Source: Lytechinus pictus (taxonomy: Eukaryota). Taken from it: a DNA stretch of 64,000 bases. The position numbers and the translations under genes are program-made. This document shows, piece by piece, positions 38,601-52,283 of this stretch. The stretch spans positions 16,432,001-16,496,000 of the forward strand of contig NC_087251.1 in NCBI RefSeq assembly GCF_037042905.1. Direction: 5' to 3'. Positions within the stretch are counted from its first letter, which is position 1, and each line of letters begins with the position of its first letter. Under the pieces are notes generated by a model, which did not search any database, was not told the DNA's origin, and worked only from the letters and a program-made list of their open reading frames with translations.

Positions 38601-41600
38601 ACTAGGCCACGCGGTATTTGTCCAATTTAATTGATAAATACGTTGAGGCAGTATATTGACGAATTCAGTGGTGGAGAGCTATAGGACACACAAAGCAAAT
38701 AACGAAATTGGCGGCCAAGCTAGTTCAATACAAAATGATTTCTAATTTTTCCTTTTAAAAAAATGTAGCATAGGCCTATTATTCAAACAATTAAGAAATT
38801 ACAACGTACTACATGTGATAATAATGAACACATCAAAATACAGAACCTGAAGAAAATGATGACAATTCAGTGAATCGGAAACAAAACAAAAATACATATA
38901 AAAAACTAGAAAAAATATAATTAATAAGAATATAGCCCTCTCTCTCCCTTGTACCTTTCTCCCTCCCTCCCTCCCTCCCTCCATACCCTGGAGAAATAGA
39001 GAAACAATACAAATCAACGAAGCAAAGATGAAAGCAAGGAAAAAGCCGTCAGACTTTGTTTTCAATGTACACGCTTTCTACGAAATGCAATAGAAACCGG
39101 GAAAGAAACCCGTGCATTCACGGTGTACAGACTCCGTACCCGCCCATGCGTCTGTACTAGTCTGCAGGCTACGTCTGTACCGTGCATCGGCATTTGATTG
39201 AGACTCGCGCAGAGGCGAGAGCTAGAGATATGAATATTCATGAGCAGGTATTGATGTCATTTGGTCTCAAGGTGGCGCTCTTCATTTTTTATGTTAGTTC
39301 GAAAAATAAATCAAAAAAAGCTCACTCGGCAAATCTTCTCATCTTTATATATTTTTTTGAGAATAAAAACAGTTCTTTCTGGCCAATGCAATACATTGTA
39401 TGGACTCAGAACTTGTTTATGAATATCGTGGAAAGCAAAGAGTGAAATTTAAAAGAAAGTTTTGAAATAAACCAATGACACAATTTACCTTTAAGAAGTG
39501 GCGATTTCATTTATGATTCCCATTTTAGATACAGATATATTGTCCCCCTTTTCCATTCTATTTGTTGTCTTACACACAGTAATATGCTTTATGTGATTGT
39601 ACATGTATGCAAATTTATTGCACAAGACCTGTAATCCCCTCTATCCGTCCCCACATATCGATTAAATGTATTCCTGTAAGGAATGTTCGGCATTGAAACC
39701 GACAAGGATTTTTTTTGGGGGGATGGGGTACATTACTCCGATACAATACTATTGTTTTCCTTTAATTTCTGTAAGGTCACCTCTTTATTATTTTCTTATT
39801 CTTTTGTTTTTGTGAAGTTTTTTTTACTTTTGAACAGTTTCTAATAATTTTCAATTACTTGGAAATATTGCGTTTGTATGTGATTAAAAATACTAATAAA
39901 ACACATAATTAAAAAAAAAGCAATAACATACAAAATGAATAGGGCCTACCATTTGAAAAAAATATATAAATATCTAATTTTAATTTTCAGGTACATGTAA
40001 CTCTGGAAATGAGATTCATGAACAAAGTGCTATTTTCACCCTGGGACATGCACTAAGAATATTTGCAGGGTTTTTTAAGAAGAAAGTTTAGCACACAAAA
40101 AAAATTCTGCTGTTGATTATGCTAATGAAAATGTCTACCAGTATTATCAAAGCTTTCATGATTGGTGACACTTCAAGGAAGGTATCATTCTTCTTCAGAA
40201 ATTTGATGCATTTAAAGCTCAGCTACATGTAACTGAAATTTTAAATGGAACATATTGTTATTCCTTGATGGATTTTTGTTAAACTTTCACCTCTATGTTT
40301 CTCTACTTTTCTGCATTTACAAAAACCAAGATTATCAGGATGAAATTCCCTTTTACCCTTCGAACCAGGAAAGCCGGGAAACTGGCTTCACCATGACCGC
40401 GCATATACCCTAAAAGCCAGAATAGCGGCTTCAAGTCATGATGTGACTCAAAAAGCAAGGGTTTTAGATGGCAGGTGACCTTTTAAAAATGACATCATGT
40501 TGGAGATATTAAGTCAATAACTTCAGTTTATAATTTCATCAATACTGGTTTTCATTTGTAAGGTTTTAGCATAAAATATGACCAAAATATACTACCCTAC
40601 CAAGGAGGCTTGTGCGATAATACACGGCGAGTAGTACACGGACTATGCATAAGCTAATAATGAATTTCACCTCCGTCAAAGCAGTAATTTTGAGACAAAA
40701 TTTGAGACTATTGTTATTACGGGAAGCTACAGAACATCAGCGGGGCCAGGCCTGGTACCAGCGGAGTAAGGTGCTGCTGGCATGGCTGGACTCGAATCAT
40801 GAGACTAAAAGGTTATTTCTTTCCAATGTCATGTATTTCTTCATTTTGCCGATAAGCTTGATATCTGCAATAATTCAGGGTGAGGGTCAAGACCGTCCCA
40901 AGTAATTCAGGGTTCAAAGGATTATTAAGGGCCCAACATGTACATAAACGAGCACTTCATATACATGTAGATGAATAACACAAAAGTTGCCTCAAAGTGC
41001 CATGTATCCATTTAAAGCTTTGAAAAAATTATTTGAAAATGGTATTCTGCTGCTATCACTATATGCAACTAGTAGTACATTTTCTTTAAAAAGAACCATT
41101 CCATGTATGTTGTCATGGTTACTACTCTATTCATCTCCATCAGTGCCTTCTTATGAAATTACTGTTCTGGCAATTCAAGGTCATATAATACTCTTGCATC
41201 ACTGGAAGTCATAATGGAGAAAATATATGCATTTTCAAGAAAATTTATCAAAACTAGCGCTGACATATCTTTTCAAAGGTATTGACAGTTTTTTCTTTGT
41301 ATAATATTGATTGATGACACAATACCAGCTAAAATACAAAGGAAGATGAGACAATTGCTAAAGAAAGTAAAGCTATGGCAATCCAAAAAAATAATCAATG
41401 GCTTCAAGTAATATCAAGCATAATGGTTGATCATTTTTTACAAATGTAAATTTCATATACGTTTGTTACAATGCAGGCAAAAAATGTTTTTTTTTATTTA
41501 TTTTCCAGGGCTCTTGTGCACATTTCGGGGGCAAAATCGCCCCAATCCCCCGTGTAATTTCTTCCCTGTTACAATGATCCTAATTCAAATGATTACCAGT

Positions 41601-41995
41601 TTCACAAAGTATGCTTATTATCTAAATTTTTAAAATTCTAAAATTTAAGAATGTCAAATTCTGAGTTTGACTCTAATTCAAACTGCCATTTTGATATCTT
41701 CAACTGCAGTAGTTTTTTAGAAAGGATATCAGTTCATGAATCATGCCTTTGCTACACTGTTTGAATGCACACTAACACATGCTACACATCCATACTGTGC
41801 CACAATAATGGCATACCCTGTAAAACAGAAATTCTTAAAGCTGTTTCCTTCCTAGAATAAACCTTAAAATTAGTTTCATTTTTTAAACATGATTATCTCT
41901 TAATCTTGTTTTGAAACCTTGTGCACAAAACACACACTTTGTGAAACAACTCTAATAAAAATATTGGAGTTCATTGTATCCCCTCCTTTACAGTG

Positions 41996-42183
41996 CAGTC
42001 TGCAGGCGCAGACCTTTGGTTTTCGCAATTCGCATTTAATGCAGAGTCTGAAGTAGTGAGAATAGATTCACTATGTACTGTGGCTGGCTGTTATTTGACA
42101 CAGACAAAGCCTTTGGCATCTAGTCTTTACTTCAGACCTGTTATTGCTTAAAGTGTCAAATGTGATTCTGTGCTTGCAGACTA
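41996..42183. mobile_element. Small decayed TIR element with (T/C)AGTCTGCA termini
   Basis: CAGTCTGCAGGCGCAGA ... TCTGTGCTTGCAGACTA; inner inverted pair GTCTGAAGTA / TACTTCAGAC. Confidence 0.55.
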
Positions 42184-43335
42184 TTCAAAATGCCCGTCTA
42201 GATCTTCATCCCCTCCATATAAGTATTATACCATGTAATACATGTAAGTCAAAGCTCTTTATAATTTAGACAGGTAATAATTTGAACAATTAAAGTACTA
42301 TTCAGAACTTCCAAGGAATAAGATGTGGGAACTACGTATGTGAACTTATGGGAATTCAGTTCTCATATTTGAATTTTGAACTAAACATGTCGTGCATACA
42401 TGTACAAACTTGGAAAATTTTCTCTTTATTTTCTTTTTCTTTTTAATTTTTAAAGTACCAAGGTATATTTTTTTCTGACAAAACACCGGGAACTTTTCCT
42501 GATCGGGGAAGTGTGAAAGTACCTGGTAAGGAGAGGGAGATGCAGCTGAAATGAGACACCGTCAGTCGCTCATAAAATATTCACAACCAGGAGCACTACA
42601 AATTGGCAACCTCATCACTCATGCTTCATTCCAACACTTTCCTTTTGATTTCCATACCAATTACAACATGTACGAGGCGGAATAGAAACATGACTTCACT
42701 TTTTATGACGTTAAACATCAAGTCTAGTCTGGTATGACCTCAAACTAAATGATCACAGCTTCTTGTTTTTAACTAGTGAGTCACAAAAAAGATAACAATT
42801 TTTGTTTCTCTCTAAACGGAATAGTACAGTAAATGAAACGAGGCAAGAACAATCAGAATCTACAATCTACCAAAGTATCGTCACAAATCTCAGCTCTGAT
42901 ATGGCACCTAAGAACGGGTCACCAGTCATGCAATAACTGTACAGTCATATAACATACAAGTTTACAAAGCTTTTGAGCAGCTTTATGAAACACCATCCAG
43001 CTCTAATTAAATTGCATAAAAAATACTAATAGATACACTGTAGCTCTTTTGTATTTTACAATAAGCAGATTATTCTGAAAATTTTTAAACTGTACGTCGA
43101 AACTTCTCTTTATATAAATGCAGAATGCTCCTTGCAGTTGCACGATGGCTTCAACTGATTTTATAATATGGATCAATTTCATTTGGTGACTTTCATTTTC
43201 ACACCTTTTTCACATCAGTTTACAGCACTGCTAAGCAACATCACGCTGTTTGACCCGAAACAGGAAAGAGATAAATGCATTCAAAACAGTTTATGTAAAT
43301 TGTGCAGAATTGTAAAGAAAAGTACATGTAGAAAA

Positions 43336-44688
43336 GGGCAAGTCCAAGAATTCGCGCGCGTTACGTATGGGACATTTCAGAGGCTTTAATGACCTGAAAA
43401 ATAGTGTTAAATGACTTTGATTAAATTGAATACCCTCATGATGGTAGACATCTAGGAGAAGAATAATCATGCAAAAAATTGTGTCATATGGCCTTGACCT
43501 TGACCTTTTAGAGAGAAAAGATGTGCCGTTACGTATGGGACGCAGAAAAAAGACCAATTTTTATATTTAACCTTTTTTTCAAGTTGAGAATTCTCTGAAA
43601 GTATTTCATTTGACAGCTTGTAACTTAGTGTGATAGAAGTCTGTACACTCTAGTATATCTATGGCAAGTTTCATGTCATAAGCCAAGACCCTCTAATTAC
43701 AGACTTTAATTAAACAAATTAATGAAATGTTACGAATGGGACATTTTGTCCCCATAGAGAACGTACATAATTTTCCCCATAATTTCAAAAATCCAAATAA
43801 TCAAAAATATGGAAATACCAAGAGTTTTTTTCTTTTAAAATGTTCTATTGAGACATATTTGATATGACTGAAAAGAAAATTAGCCATTTCAACAATTTTT
43901 TTTCTTGTTTTTCATGGTTTCATGAATTTCTTATGTATTTCTATTGTTTTGTTTTTTTTCATATTGTTCCATTTTCACAGTTTTTTTTCACTTTGATTGT
44001 TTTTTATCAATCAGTATTCATAACAAATTAGTCTTTAAACACTAAAGAAAAGGTAAATAATCACTTTTTAGAGCACTCTTGAAATTGGTTTTTCTCCATT
44101 CACTTCGTACACGAATCTCCCCATTGACATTGTGTGTAAATGTCCCATACGTAACATGTTGTCCCATACGTAACAATTTTTTAATTAAGTTTTAATTAAA
44201 AAGTAAACTTTATTTTTGAAACTTTTTGTGGTATAACAATTTCCTACTTAATGAATTAGAACTTCCCAGAGATACAACAAAACAAGTATTGTATTATGAG
44301 AAATAACTTAAAAAAACATCCTCAAAATGTTACGTATGGGACATTCCATCATTGGACAAGACCTAATTTGCATATTTAATTAGATGACACCACTTTTTTC
44401 CCCAAAAAGTAATAAAAGATGTTATGGGGTCCATGTCCCACCTATGACTAAATCTTACAAGTTTTGTTTTGATTTTCTATGAGTTTTTATAATTGTCCCA
44501 TACGTAACGCCCATTTTACCAATTATGCAAATTAGGTGCCCCAAATTAGCATAAATATGTATATTATCAAATTTTTCTTTATGAAATTTTAAAATTCAAC
44601 ATTTGGGCTTTCTTACCCCACCAAAGATAACTTCTTAAATTAAAGATGAAATTTTGCCTTCTAGGGTGACCTTTTCTTGGACTTGCCC
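43336..44688. mobile_element. MITE with 4-bp TSD (Sola2-like)
   Basis: 15-bp perfect TIR GGGCAAGTCCAAGAA, AAAA on both flanks, repeated TTACGTATGGGAC motif in both orientations. Confidence 0.85.
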
Positions 44689-44786
44689 AAAACATAACAT
44701 GTCCATCGAGTTGTTCGAACACACTCAAACATCATGACAAAGAAACAAATCCATTATCATATACTACATGTACCTTGTAACATTAT

Positions 44787-46633
44787 AAACAAGTGGAACG
44801 CCTCTGGCAGTCTCGCCTGCATTACGCGATTCGATACAGCAGCAGTGCTGACTTTAAAAACAGCTATTAAATAATTATTCACAAAAAGAAAACACTCATA
44901 TGATAATAAAATACTATGTCGATTGACCCAACATGACCTTTGACCATGATCACGTGACCTATTACAGGTGCAAAACAATAATTCATACTTGATTACCCTT
45001 GATGTCTTGATGTCCATGTTTCATGAACTAGGCTGCGTTTATGCGACCTCAAGCCAGAATCATGATTTGAATCATGATTCAAAACACAAACATGAATCAC
45101 AATATCACAGAATCAGCGTTTAGACGACCTTCATTCCAATGCCGTTTCTCCTCAGATTCGGGCCAATCCAGTGCGCATCACTAGTGCGCAGTTTGACAGA
45201 GGAAGTTTTTCGCACGTGTTTCGGCTCTCGAAAAATCTTTTGCTTCCAGAATTCAGTCTATACCTCATTTTGTTTACTTCTATCATATATGGTCCATATG
45301 CTTCTATTCATCTTCTTAGTTTATCCAAAATGGTGTTCGGAAGTGAATTTCAGCGTAGATCCAATTTAGTATTGATACTGTATACTCAACAACTGAGATC
45401 ATTGTCTGTCCAGTTAATTCATTTACTATAGAACTTGAAGTTGAAGACATGACCAATAAATGAAAAGTAGTGGACGATGCGATGACCAACACAGAGCTTG
45501 AACATGACAAGAAATGCATGCGTAGTACATATTCATGTACATACAGCGCATTGAGCTAGGCAAGAGTCAAACCGAAAGTAGCCCGACACAACAGTGAGGT
45601 CATAGAATCATGATTCAAATCACGATATCGTTTATTCGAACATTTTCGTACGTGATTCTGCAGAAACGTCTTTCCAAACGCCCCTTTTTTCGTGTTTCAT
45701 GTTTGTGATTCTAATCATGATTATATTCAATTTCGACTAAACGCAATCGTGATTCTGCAGAATCATGATTTGAATCATGATTCAGATCATGATTCTAGGG
45801 TAAAAAAGTGGCGGATAAACGCACCCCTAGACGCATAAACTTTCAAAGTTATGATGACACTTCAACAAATACCCCCAAAATGGCCAAAGTTCATTGACCC
45901 TATTACCTTTGATTTTGGTCATGTGACCAGAAACAAGCACAAGATATTCAGGGATACATGGTTACTCTTATGTCCCAAGTTTCATGAACTAGATCTATAA
46001 ACTTGAAAGTTATGACAATTCCACAAATACCCCCAACATTATCAAAGTTTGTTGACCCTATTAAATGACCTTTGACCTTGGTTATGTGACCTGAAACTCG
46101 CACAAGATGTTCAGGGATACTTAGTTGCTCTTATATCTACATGTAAGTTTCATGAACTACATGTAGATCTATAATGTCAAAGTTATGATGACAATTCCAC
46201 AAATACCCCCAACATGGTCAAAGTTCGTTGACCCTAAGTGACCTTTGACCTTGGTCATGTGACCTGACACTCAGGCAGGATCTTCAGTGATACACTATCA
46301 CCCTTATGTCCAAGTTTCATGAACTAGGTCCATATACTTTAGAAGTTATGACGACGTTTCAAAAACTTAACCTTGGTTAAGATTTCAATATTGATTCCCC
46401 CAACATGGTCTAAGTTCATTGACCCTAAATGACCTTTGACCTTGGTCATGTGACCTGAAACTCAGGCAGGATGATAAACCTTATGTCCAAGTTTCATGAA
46501 CTAGGGTCATATACTTTCTAAGTTATGATGACATTTCAAAAACTTAACCTTGGTTAAGATTTCAATGTTGACACCGCCGTCACCGGAAAAGCGGTGCCTC
46601 TAGTCTCGCTCTGCTATGCAGGCGAGACAAAAA
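44787..46633 (-). mobile_element. Helentron-associated (HINE/Tsp-like) element with internal ~170-190 bp tandem repeats, copy 1
   Basis: Subterminal inverted GTCTCGCCTGCAT / ATGCAGGCGAGAC, terminal hairpin, insertion in an A/T run without TSD; homologous to 55883-56922. Confidence 0.8.
45031..45826. mobile_element. PIF/Harbinger-like MITE nested in the Helentron-like element
   Basis: TIR GGCTGCGTTTATGCG / GGGTGCGTTTATCCG, 3-bp TSD CTA; sister repeat units show the empty site GAACTAG. Confidence 0.85.
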
Positions 46634-47090
46634 TGTTGCTAAGCTCCGTCGCATCATATCTCAAAGAGGTTCATTATTCTTTTTCTCTTTGATTCTAAAT
46701 TGCACTTGAGGCTGTAATCCTAGCAGACACACATTAAAGACCAATGATTACACAAGTATCAATCCATTAGCATTCACACTTCCCCAAAAAATATTGAAGA
46801 CCTTTTTTAATCTGGTAAAAATATTGCATGAATCCACGGCAGAATGCACAATTTTTTTCCGGGGGGGTAGCAAGACGCATACAAATTACTGAAGAAACTA
46901 TGCAAAAGTGAGGGAGCGAAGTGTCTGAGCTTGTCATAGGGAACATTTTGCAAAATTCATTAAAGTGAAAAGGAAAAAATTATTGCACATGTTTGGTGAG
47001 TTTTTTGAAAAATTTCAGTTAATTCCATTTTTTTTTTGGGGGGGGGTTATTACAGCTATGATTGTATCTTAATTTAAAACAAAATAATAT

Positions 47091-47754
47091 AAAACTTGAA
47101 ATTTGACGTGTCAATAGCACAGATGCTCCCGCTTAATGCAATCAGAAATTAATTCAATACGATTGAACTAAATATCGTGCAGAAACCTACACACCAATAA
47201 TTTTTTTAATCTGTTGATTATTCCCTAAGTTACTATGCAGAAACCAACTTGCATATCTATAATGAGCTGTGACCTTTGACCTGTGGGCTCCAATTTCAAA
47301 CTTAGCCTGTATTTTGGTGTCATCTACCCAGACACCAAACAATTTTAATATCTCGTGAATACATGTACAGTACATGTATTTCCAAAGTTATCATGCAGAA
47401 ACCAACTCGCATACATGTATATGAGCTGTGAGCTTTGACCTGTGAACTCCGATTTCAAACTTAGCCTGTATTTTGGTGTCAACTACCTACACACCCAATT
47501 TTTTTTAATCTGTTGAATATTTCATTAGTTATCATGCGGAAACCAACTCGCATATTTAATGAGCTGTGACCTTTGACCTGCGGACTCTGAATTCGAACTT
47601 AGCCTGTATTTTGGTGTCATCTACCTACACACCAACAATTTTTAAAATCCATTAAATATTTTTTGAGTTATTGCACAGAAACCAAGTGAGGGGACGGACG
47701 GACAGGGGCAACGCTTAATGCCCCCTCCGGACTTCATCTGCGGGGGCATAAAAA
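47091..47754 (-). mobile_element. Second Helentron-like family with three ~150 bp tandem units
   Basis: Units containing GAGCTGTGACCTTTGACCTG...CTTAGCCTGTATTTTGGTGTC; terminal hairpin ATGCCCCC...GGGGGCAT next to an A run. Confidence 0.7.
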
Positions 47755-50018
47755 CACAATAGAGGTAAAGGACTTATTACCTAGCTACCCCTCCCCCCCC
47801 CCCCCTAGTGAGAAATATGTTTGTAAGACACAAATGGGCCCTTATACATGAAGATTCCAATTGAGTTCAATACAACTCTCATCTTGCCAAGTACCGGTAC
47901 AAATAAGAAAAAATACTCCTGAAGAGGAAATATGTATTCCCCAATCTTTCACGTGCAATGTATGACATTCTGACATTCAGTCTTTGGGTGCAGTCATATT
48001 AAAGTAACAAGTACCTTTAAAGCAAATATGAATTTAATATTGTAAACTTACATCAAATACCTTTATTCTGATCAAAACATGTAGCTTTAATAAACTAAAG
48101 TACACTGATTTTTCTTCTATTATCCTCTCACGAATCACGATGCTTACGGTATCTAGGTTTTATATTTCAGATGAACAAAAAATTAACAAAATATGACAAA
48201 AATAAACTCCAATAAAACATTTGTCTTTTCTCAGCAAGCCCAGGAAGCTTGAAATGTTTAGTAGATTCTATACTATTCATTAAAGGAAATCTTTCAGCTT
48301 TCCTTCCTGTTGTAAAATAGGGTGCTGCACAACTTGAGATAATTTGCTCATTCTCTTTACCAATGAAGATATGTGGCTTCTGTTGCATGTACATGTATCA
48401 ATGATTAATCTAACTGTATAGAAAAAAAGGATTACAGAAATAAAGAGATCCATAGCCACACATCCCCTCCCTCTTATAATGTACAGGTATGTAATTTTTT
48501 GTTCTAGGTTTAGGTACAACTTATAAAGGCTTTATAATACAAAAAGACTTTAATTTAGGAACAGGGAGAACATGATTTTCTTCTGAGGATCTACAAAAAT
48601 ATGGGATCATATGTAGTTGTCCATGCAGCATGCAAAATTGGAACTTGGAAGGCAATATTGCTGTGATCCCTAAAGCATGGACATGGGGTGGAAAATGATG
48701 TCAATGTGAGGTACGGTAATACTTTTATTGAGCATGTACTGTGCATTGCCATTTTACATCATACCATGGATCCTATGAGAAATAATTGTGGTACCCATAT
48801 GTATTTATTAAACTACAATGTTAAAAATAATTTTGTCTATGCATAGGTACATGTACACCAATAACATTGAGTGCCCCCCCCCCCCCACCACCCTGGATGC
48901 ACATAGAAAACAAAGAGACAGAATGAAACATGACATTGACAGAGAGAAAGAAAGAAAGATCATGGAGCCAGAATATGCATGTAAATAAAGAGAGAAAATG
49001 AGAGAAAGTGTACCAAAGGAGAAAAATCAATAGGATTGTCAAAGACAAAGAGGGTCATGCAGACATGACAGAGAAGAGCACTGGCTGTGACCTCATCATG
49101 GCCTAAAACCAAGTCAGCCAGCAAAGTATATTATTGGGCATGGAATTGACCGACCCCTTGCTGCTGTGTGTGAGAAAGAAATTGTGCATTGGTTTGTTGT
49201 CATAACACTCACTGAATAGAACACGTCTGATTGCCTGTAAAGGCCAGACATTGCTCCCTTTCCATCCATTATACTATTACATGAACACTGCGAAGCTGGG
49301 ATTTGATTATATTACTTGATATTGTCACAGCACTCACATTTCCATGTATGCTGTTCATTTTATATATCAAGGAGACCTTTTCTCTACACTCAATTGCAAA
49401 AATTCTTCATTTGTATGATACCTGTCACACAATTTACTTGAAGTACTTGCCAATAGGCGATGTACAGTGTAGCTACTGTATACTCATATCTCAATATTTG
49501 CACCGTATTGAACATGTTGTCTATCTCAATAACTTAATGTACATGTACATGTCAATGTAAACAAAAATGGACAAATATCCTTGTCTTTAATACCCAGAAA
49601 GATTAACGCCTTCAAAAATATAATTTATGTTGTAGCAAACAATTGTTTAAACTTCATTCAAAAATATTTGCTGAATCATTTTGCTGAATACGTTTATAAA
49701 TTCAATACATAAGAACTTGATCTACAATGCAAGCTACATGTACATGAACAACTGATCATTATACATAGTAACCTCTAACAAAAAAAATCTTCATCATTAA
49801 AGTTCAACTTAAAATACATTAAATTGACTGAATTCAAAGACTAACATAGAGGATATCATTTGCAAGAATATGTTTCCAAGAACATACATGTAATCTTCAA
49901 GTTCATAGGTAGACCTACCCTCTTTGTTGCTCTTGGCAGAGTTCAATTCCAATTGCTCAAATTGAGATTAAATACATTGTACACTTTCTGCTCTCTGACC
50001 CAGGGGGGGGGTCATTCA

Positions 50019-51220
50019 CTATCCACATGGACTGCTACACACCCATGTCCGACAACGTCAGAAATGCAACCTAAATGGTGTAACTACATTATTTGCAACC
50101 CTAGTTACCCTACAAAGCATAACCCATGAAAAGCCACTAAAGTGGCGTGAACAGGGAAATCCCCTGATTTGATACCTTAAGTGGCGTTAACATTGAAAAC
50201 GATTAATTTGATACCATAATGATGACTGATGTGAAATTGATGTTGAATACAACAGGTATGAATTCCATTTTTTGAAGTTATTGAGAGGATTGCCAACATG
50301 ATTACTCTCAAGGACACCTCTCTATAGCCACTTTGAATAGCCATCTTTTAAACTATTAAAATCAATGAATGCAAGTGAAAAATGTTGCTTGCCTTGACTG
50401 ACTGATGCATCACTTACCGTTCGTTTTACCAATTCTATCAAAACTTGAAAAAAATGGAATACATACCATTAAGCCTGTATCTTTTATTTTAAATATTTTT
50501 ATTGATAATAAAAAACAAATCAATATATGAATTTAAAAAAAGACAAATACAAAAACCCAGCATTACCAACATAATACATTTCCCCTATATAGCAAAGTGT
50601 ATAGTAATAGATGGTTCGAGTGCATGCGATATGCAGGCAAGGAAAATACCGGGCAAATCGCGCAGGGTATTGCATCCTTGCAAGCCAAGCATAGTCGCTT
50701 CAAACAGGCCCGGAACAGTTGCATTAGCAATATACAGTAATGTATATATATATATATAATAATAATAAAGCATATCATCCTCTGCAACCCGTGGGCATGT
50801 GGTATAGGTAACGCGTGCTGCCTAGTATAGAGCCAGGTGTAAGAGACTAGCTAGGACTGTATGGGGTAACTCTAATAAGTGCTGCACTGGCCGGCGTGTG
50901 CGAGGATTATTTTGTATGTCTGTCCCTTAAAATCATGCCCTTCATGGTGTTTATGGCTTAGGCCTGCTCCCGGGTCTCCTCAAATTTGCATCCCTAAATG
51001 GCGTAGATCTACTCAAATGGTGTACTGCAATCTTCATTAGCAACCCTAAATGGCGTGAAGAGAGAGAAAAGGCTTTACCAGCAAATGGTGCTGAAATGCA
51101 ACCCTTTTGGCCAAAGACGTCGACGACTCCTGAGTGCCTGAAACGGGACCCTTTTCAACGCTTTTTCTGGACACAGGTATGTAGCAGGCCATGTGAAGAG
51201 TGACCCCCCTCCCCCCCGGG
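50019..51220. mobile_element. MITE with CCC(G/A)GGG-type termini
   Basis: Imperfect TIR including CACATGGACTGCTACA / TGTAGCAGGCCATGTG; repeated CCTAAATGG(C/T)GT motifs near both ends. Confidence 0.7.
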
Positions 51221-51524
51221 CTCTCTGCTATGAACATTGTATAGTTTAAAGGCCAATGTGCTAAATCAGTAATCTACTTCATGAAGGCCTACATGTATAT
51301 ATATTCCCCCCTCAAGTGGGTCATTCAAATGACACAGAAAGTGTACACATCCATTTTGATATTTATATCTCGAACCGAGTATTATTTCTTTTCATTACAG
51401 TTTGATTATGAATGGTTTCACTATTTTTTTTCTCAATTTTTACTAATTAAATATTTCTAATTTGAAATGAAAATGAAAATCCACACTGTACTCCAATGCA
51501 AGTGAAAAATGTAGGTTGCCTTGA

Positions 51525-51659
51525 CTGACGAGGCTCTATCCCTAATTGTGGAACGCCAAAAAGGGTAGCAGCAACTCCCATCTTTTAGCGCCTTTTGGTC
51601 TGATGCGGTTGACTTCCCGGTTGGGAGACGGACGCTCTACTAACTGAGCCACACACCGG
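51525..51659 (-). mobile_element. Partial tRNA-derived SINE
   Basis: Minus strand GTGTGGCTCAGTTAGTAGAGCG (A box), B box missing, then SINE-like body. Confidence 0.55.
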
Positions 51660-52283
51660 TTTATTTCATTTATTTTTTCATCCCCAAAACACGGTACACA
51701 AAACATTTAAATGTGTTTTTAAATCTGAGAGACTTTTAAAAAAAAGATCTCAATGATGAAATTAATCTCACAAAAGTGTTGACAACAGAATTTTGATTTA
51801 TAAGTTTATGGGTAAATGCTGGGTTTATGGGGGAAAATTGGGGTTAGGATTGGGCAAGGGGTATACATGTATCTTCACACACTTATACATACTCTCACTT
51901 TTCACTAGGCCTATAGGCAATATCATACAATTTGAAATAGCAGATAAAAAAATTGTAAAACGTCTTTGTAAGCAGGAGCTTATCTTTGTTAGAAAAAAAA
52001 AGAAAACATGGGCAACCAATTACCAACTATTCCAAGCTTGTGTTATCAAATCTGTAAATTCATGTTAATTCCCTTTTTTTCCAAAATAACAAGATGGCAT
52101 CATCAACCTTTTCTCAATTTAGCAGTGACCTTTTCGTTGAAAAACTTCCTCCATGCACCCATCTGGCTTTGTCTACAAAATCTCTCTGATCAATCCCCTT
52201 CTCAGTTCCTATCATACTGACTTCCTACTCATTTCCTAGTGTTGCTTCAATGACCCATCCCCTTCCCCACTCCTCCCCATCAC

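Larger units (their letters stand above)
26548..39490. mobile_element. 12.9-kb composite block bounded by Kolobok-like TIRs
   Basis: TTAA at 26544-26547 and 39491-39494; ends AGGTATATTGTATGATTGGTTGATCTCA vs AGGTAAATTGTGTCATTGGTTTATTTCA (23/28); CpG content shifts near both borders. Confidence 0.6.

Noticed and set aside
40356..40920. Possible piggyBac-like MITE (CCCTTCGAACC / GGTTCAAAGG)
   Set aside because: Termini short and TTAA sites decayed; support too weak.
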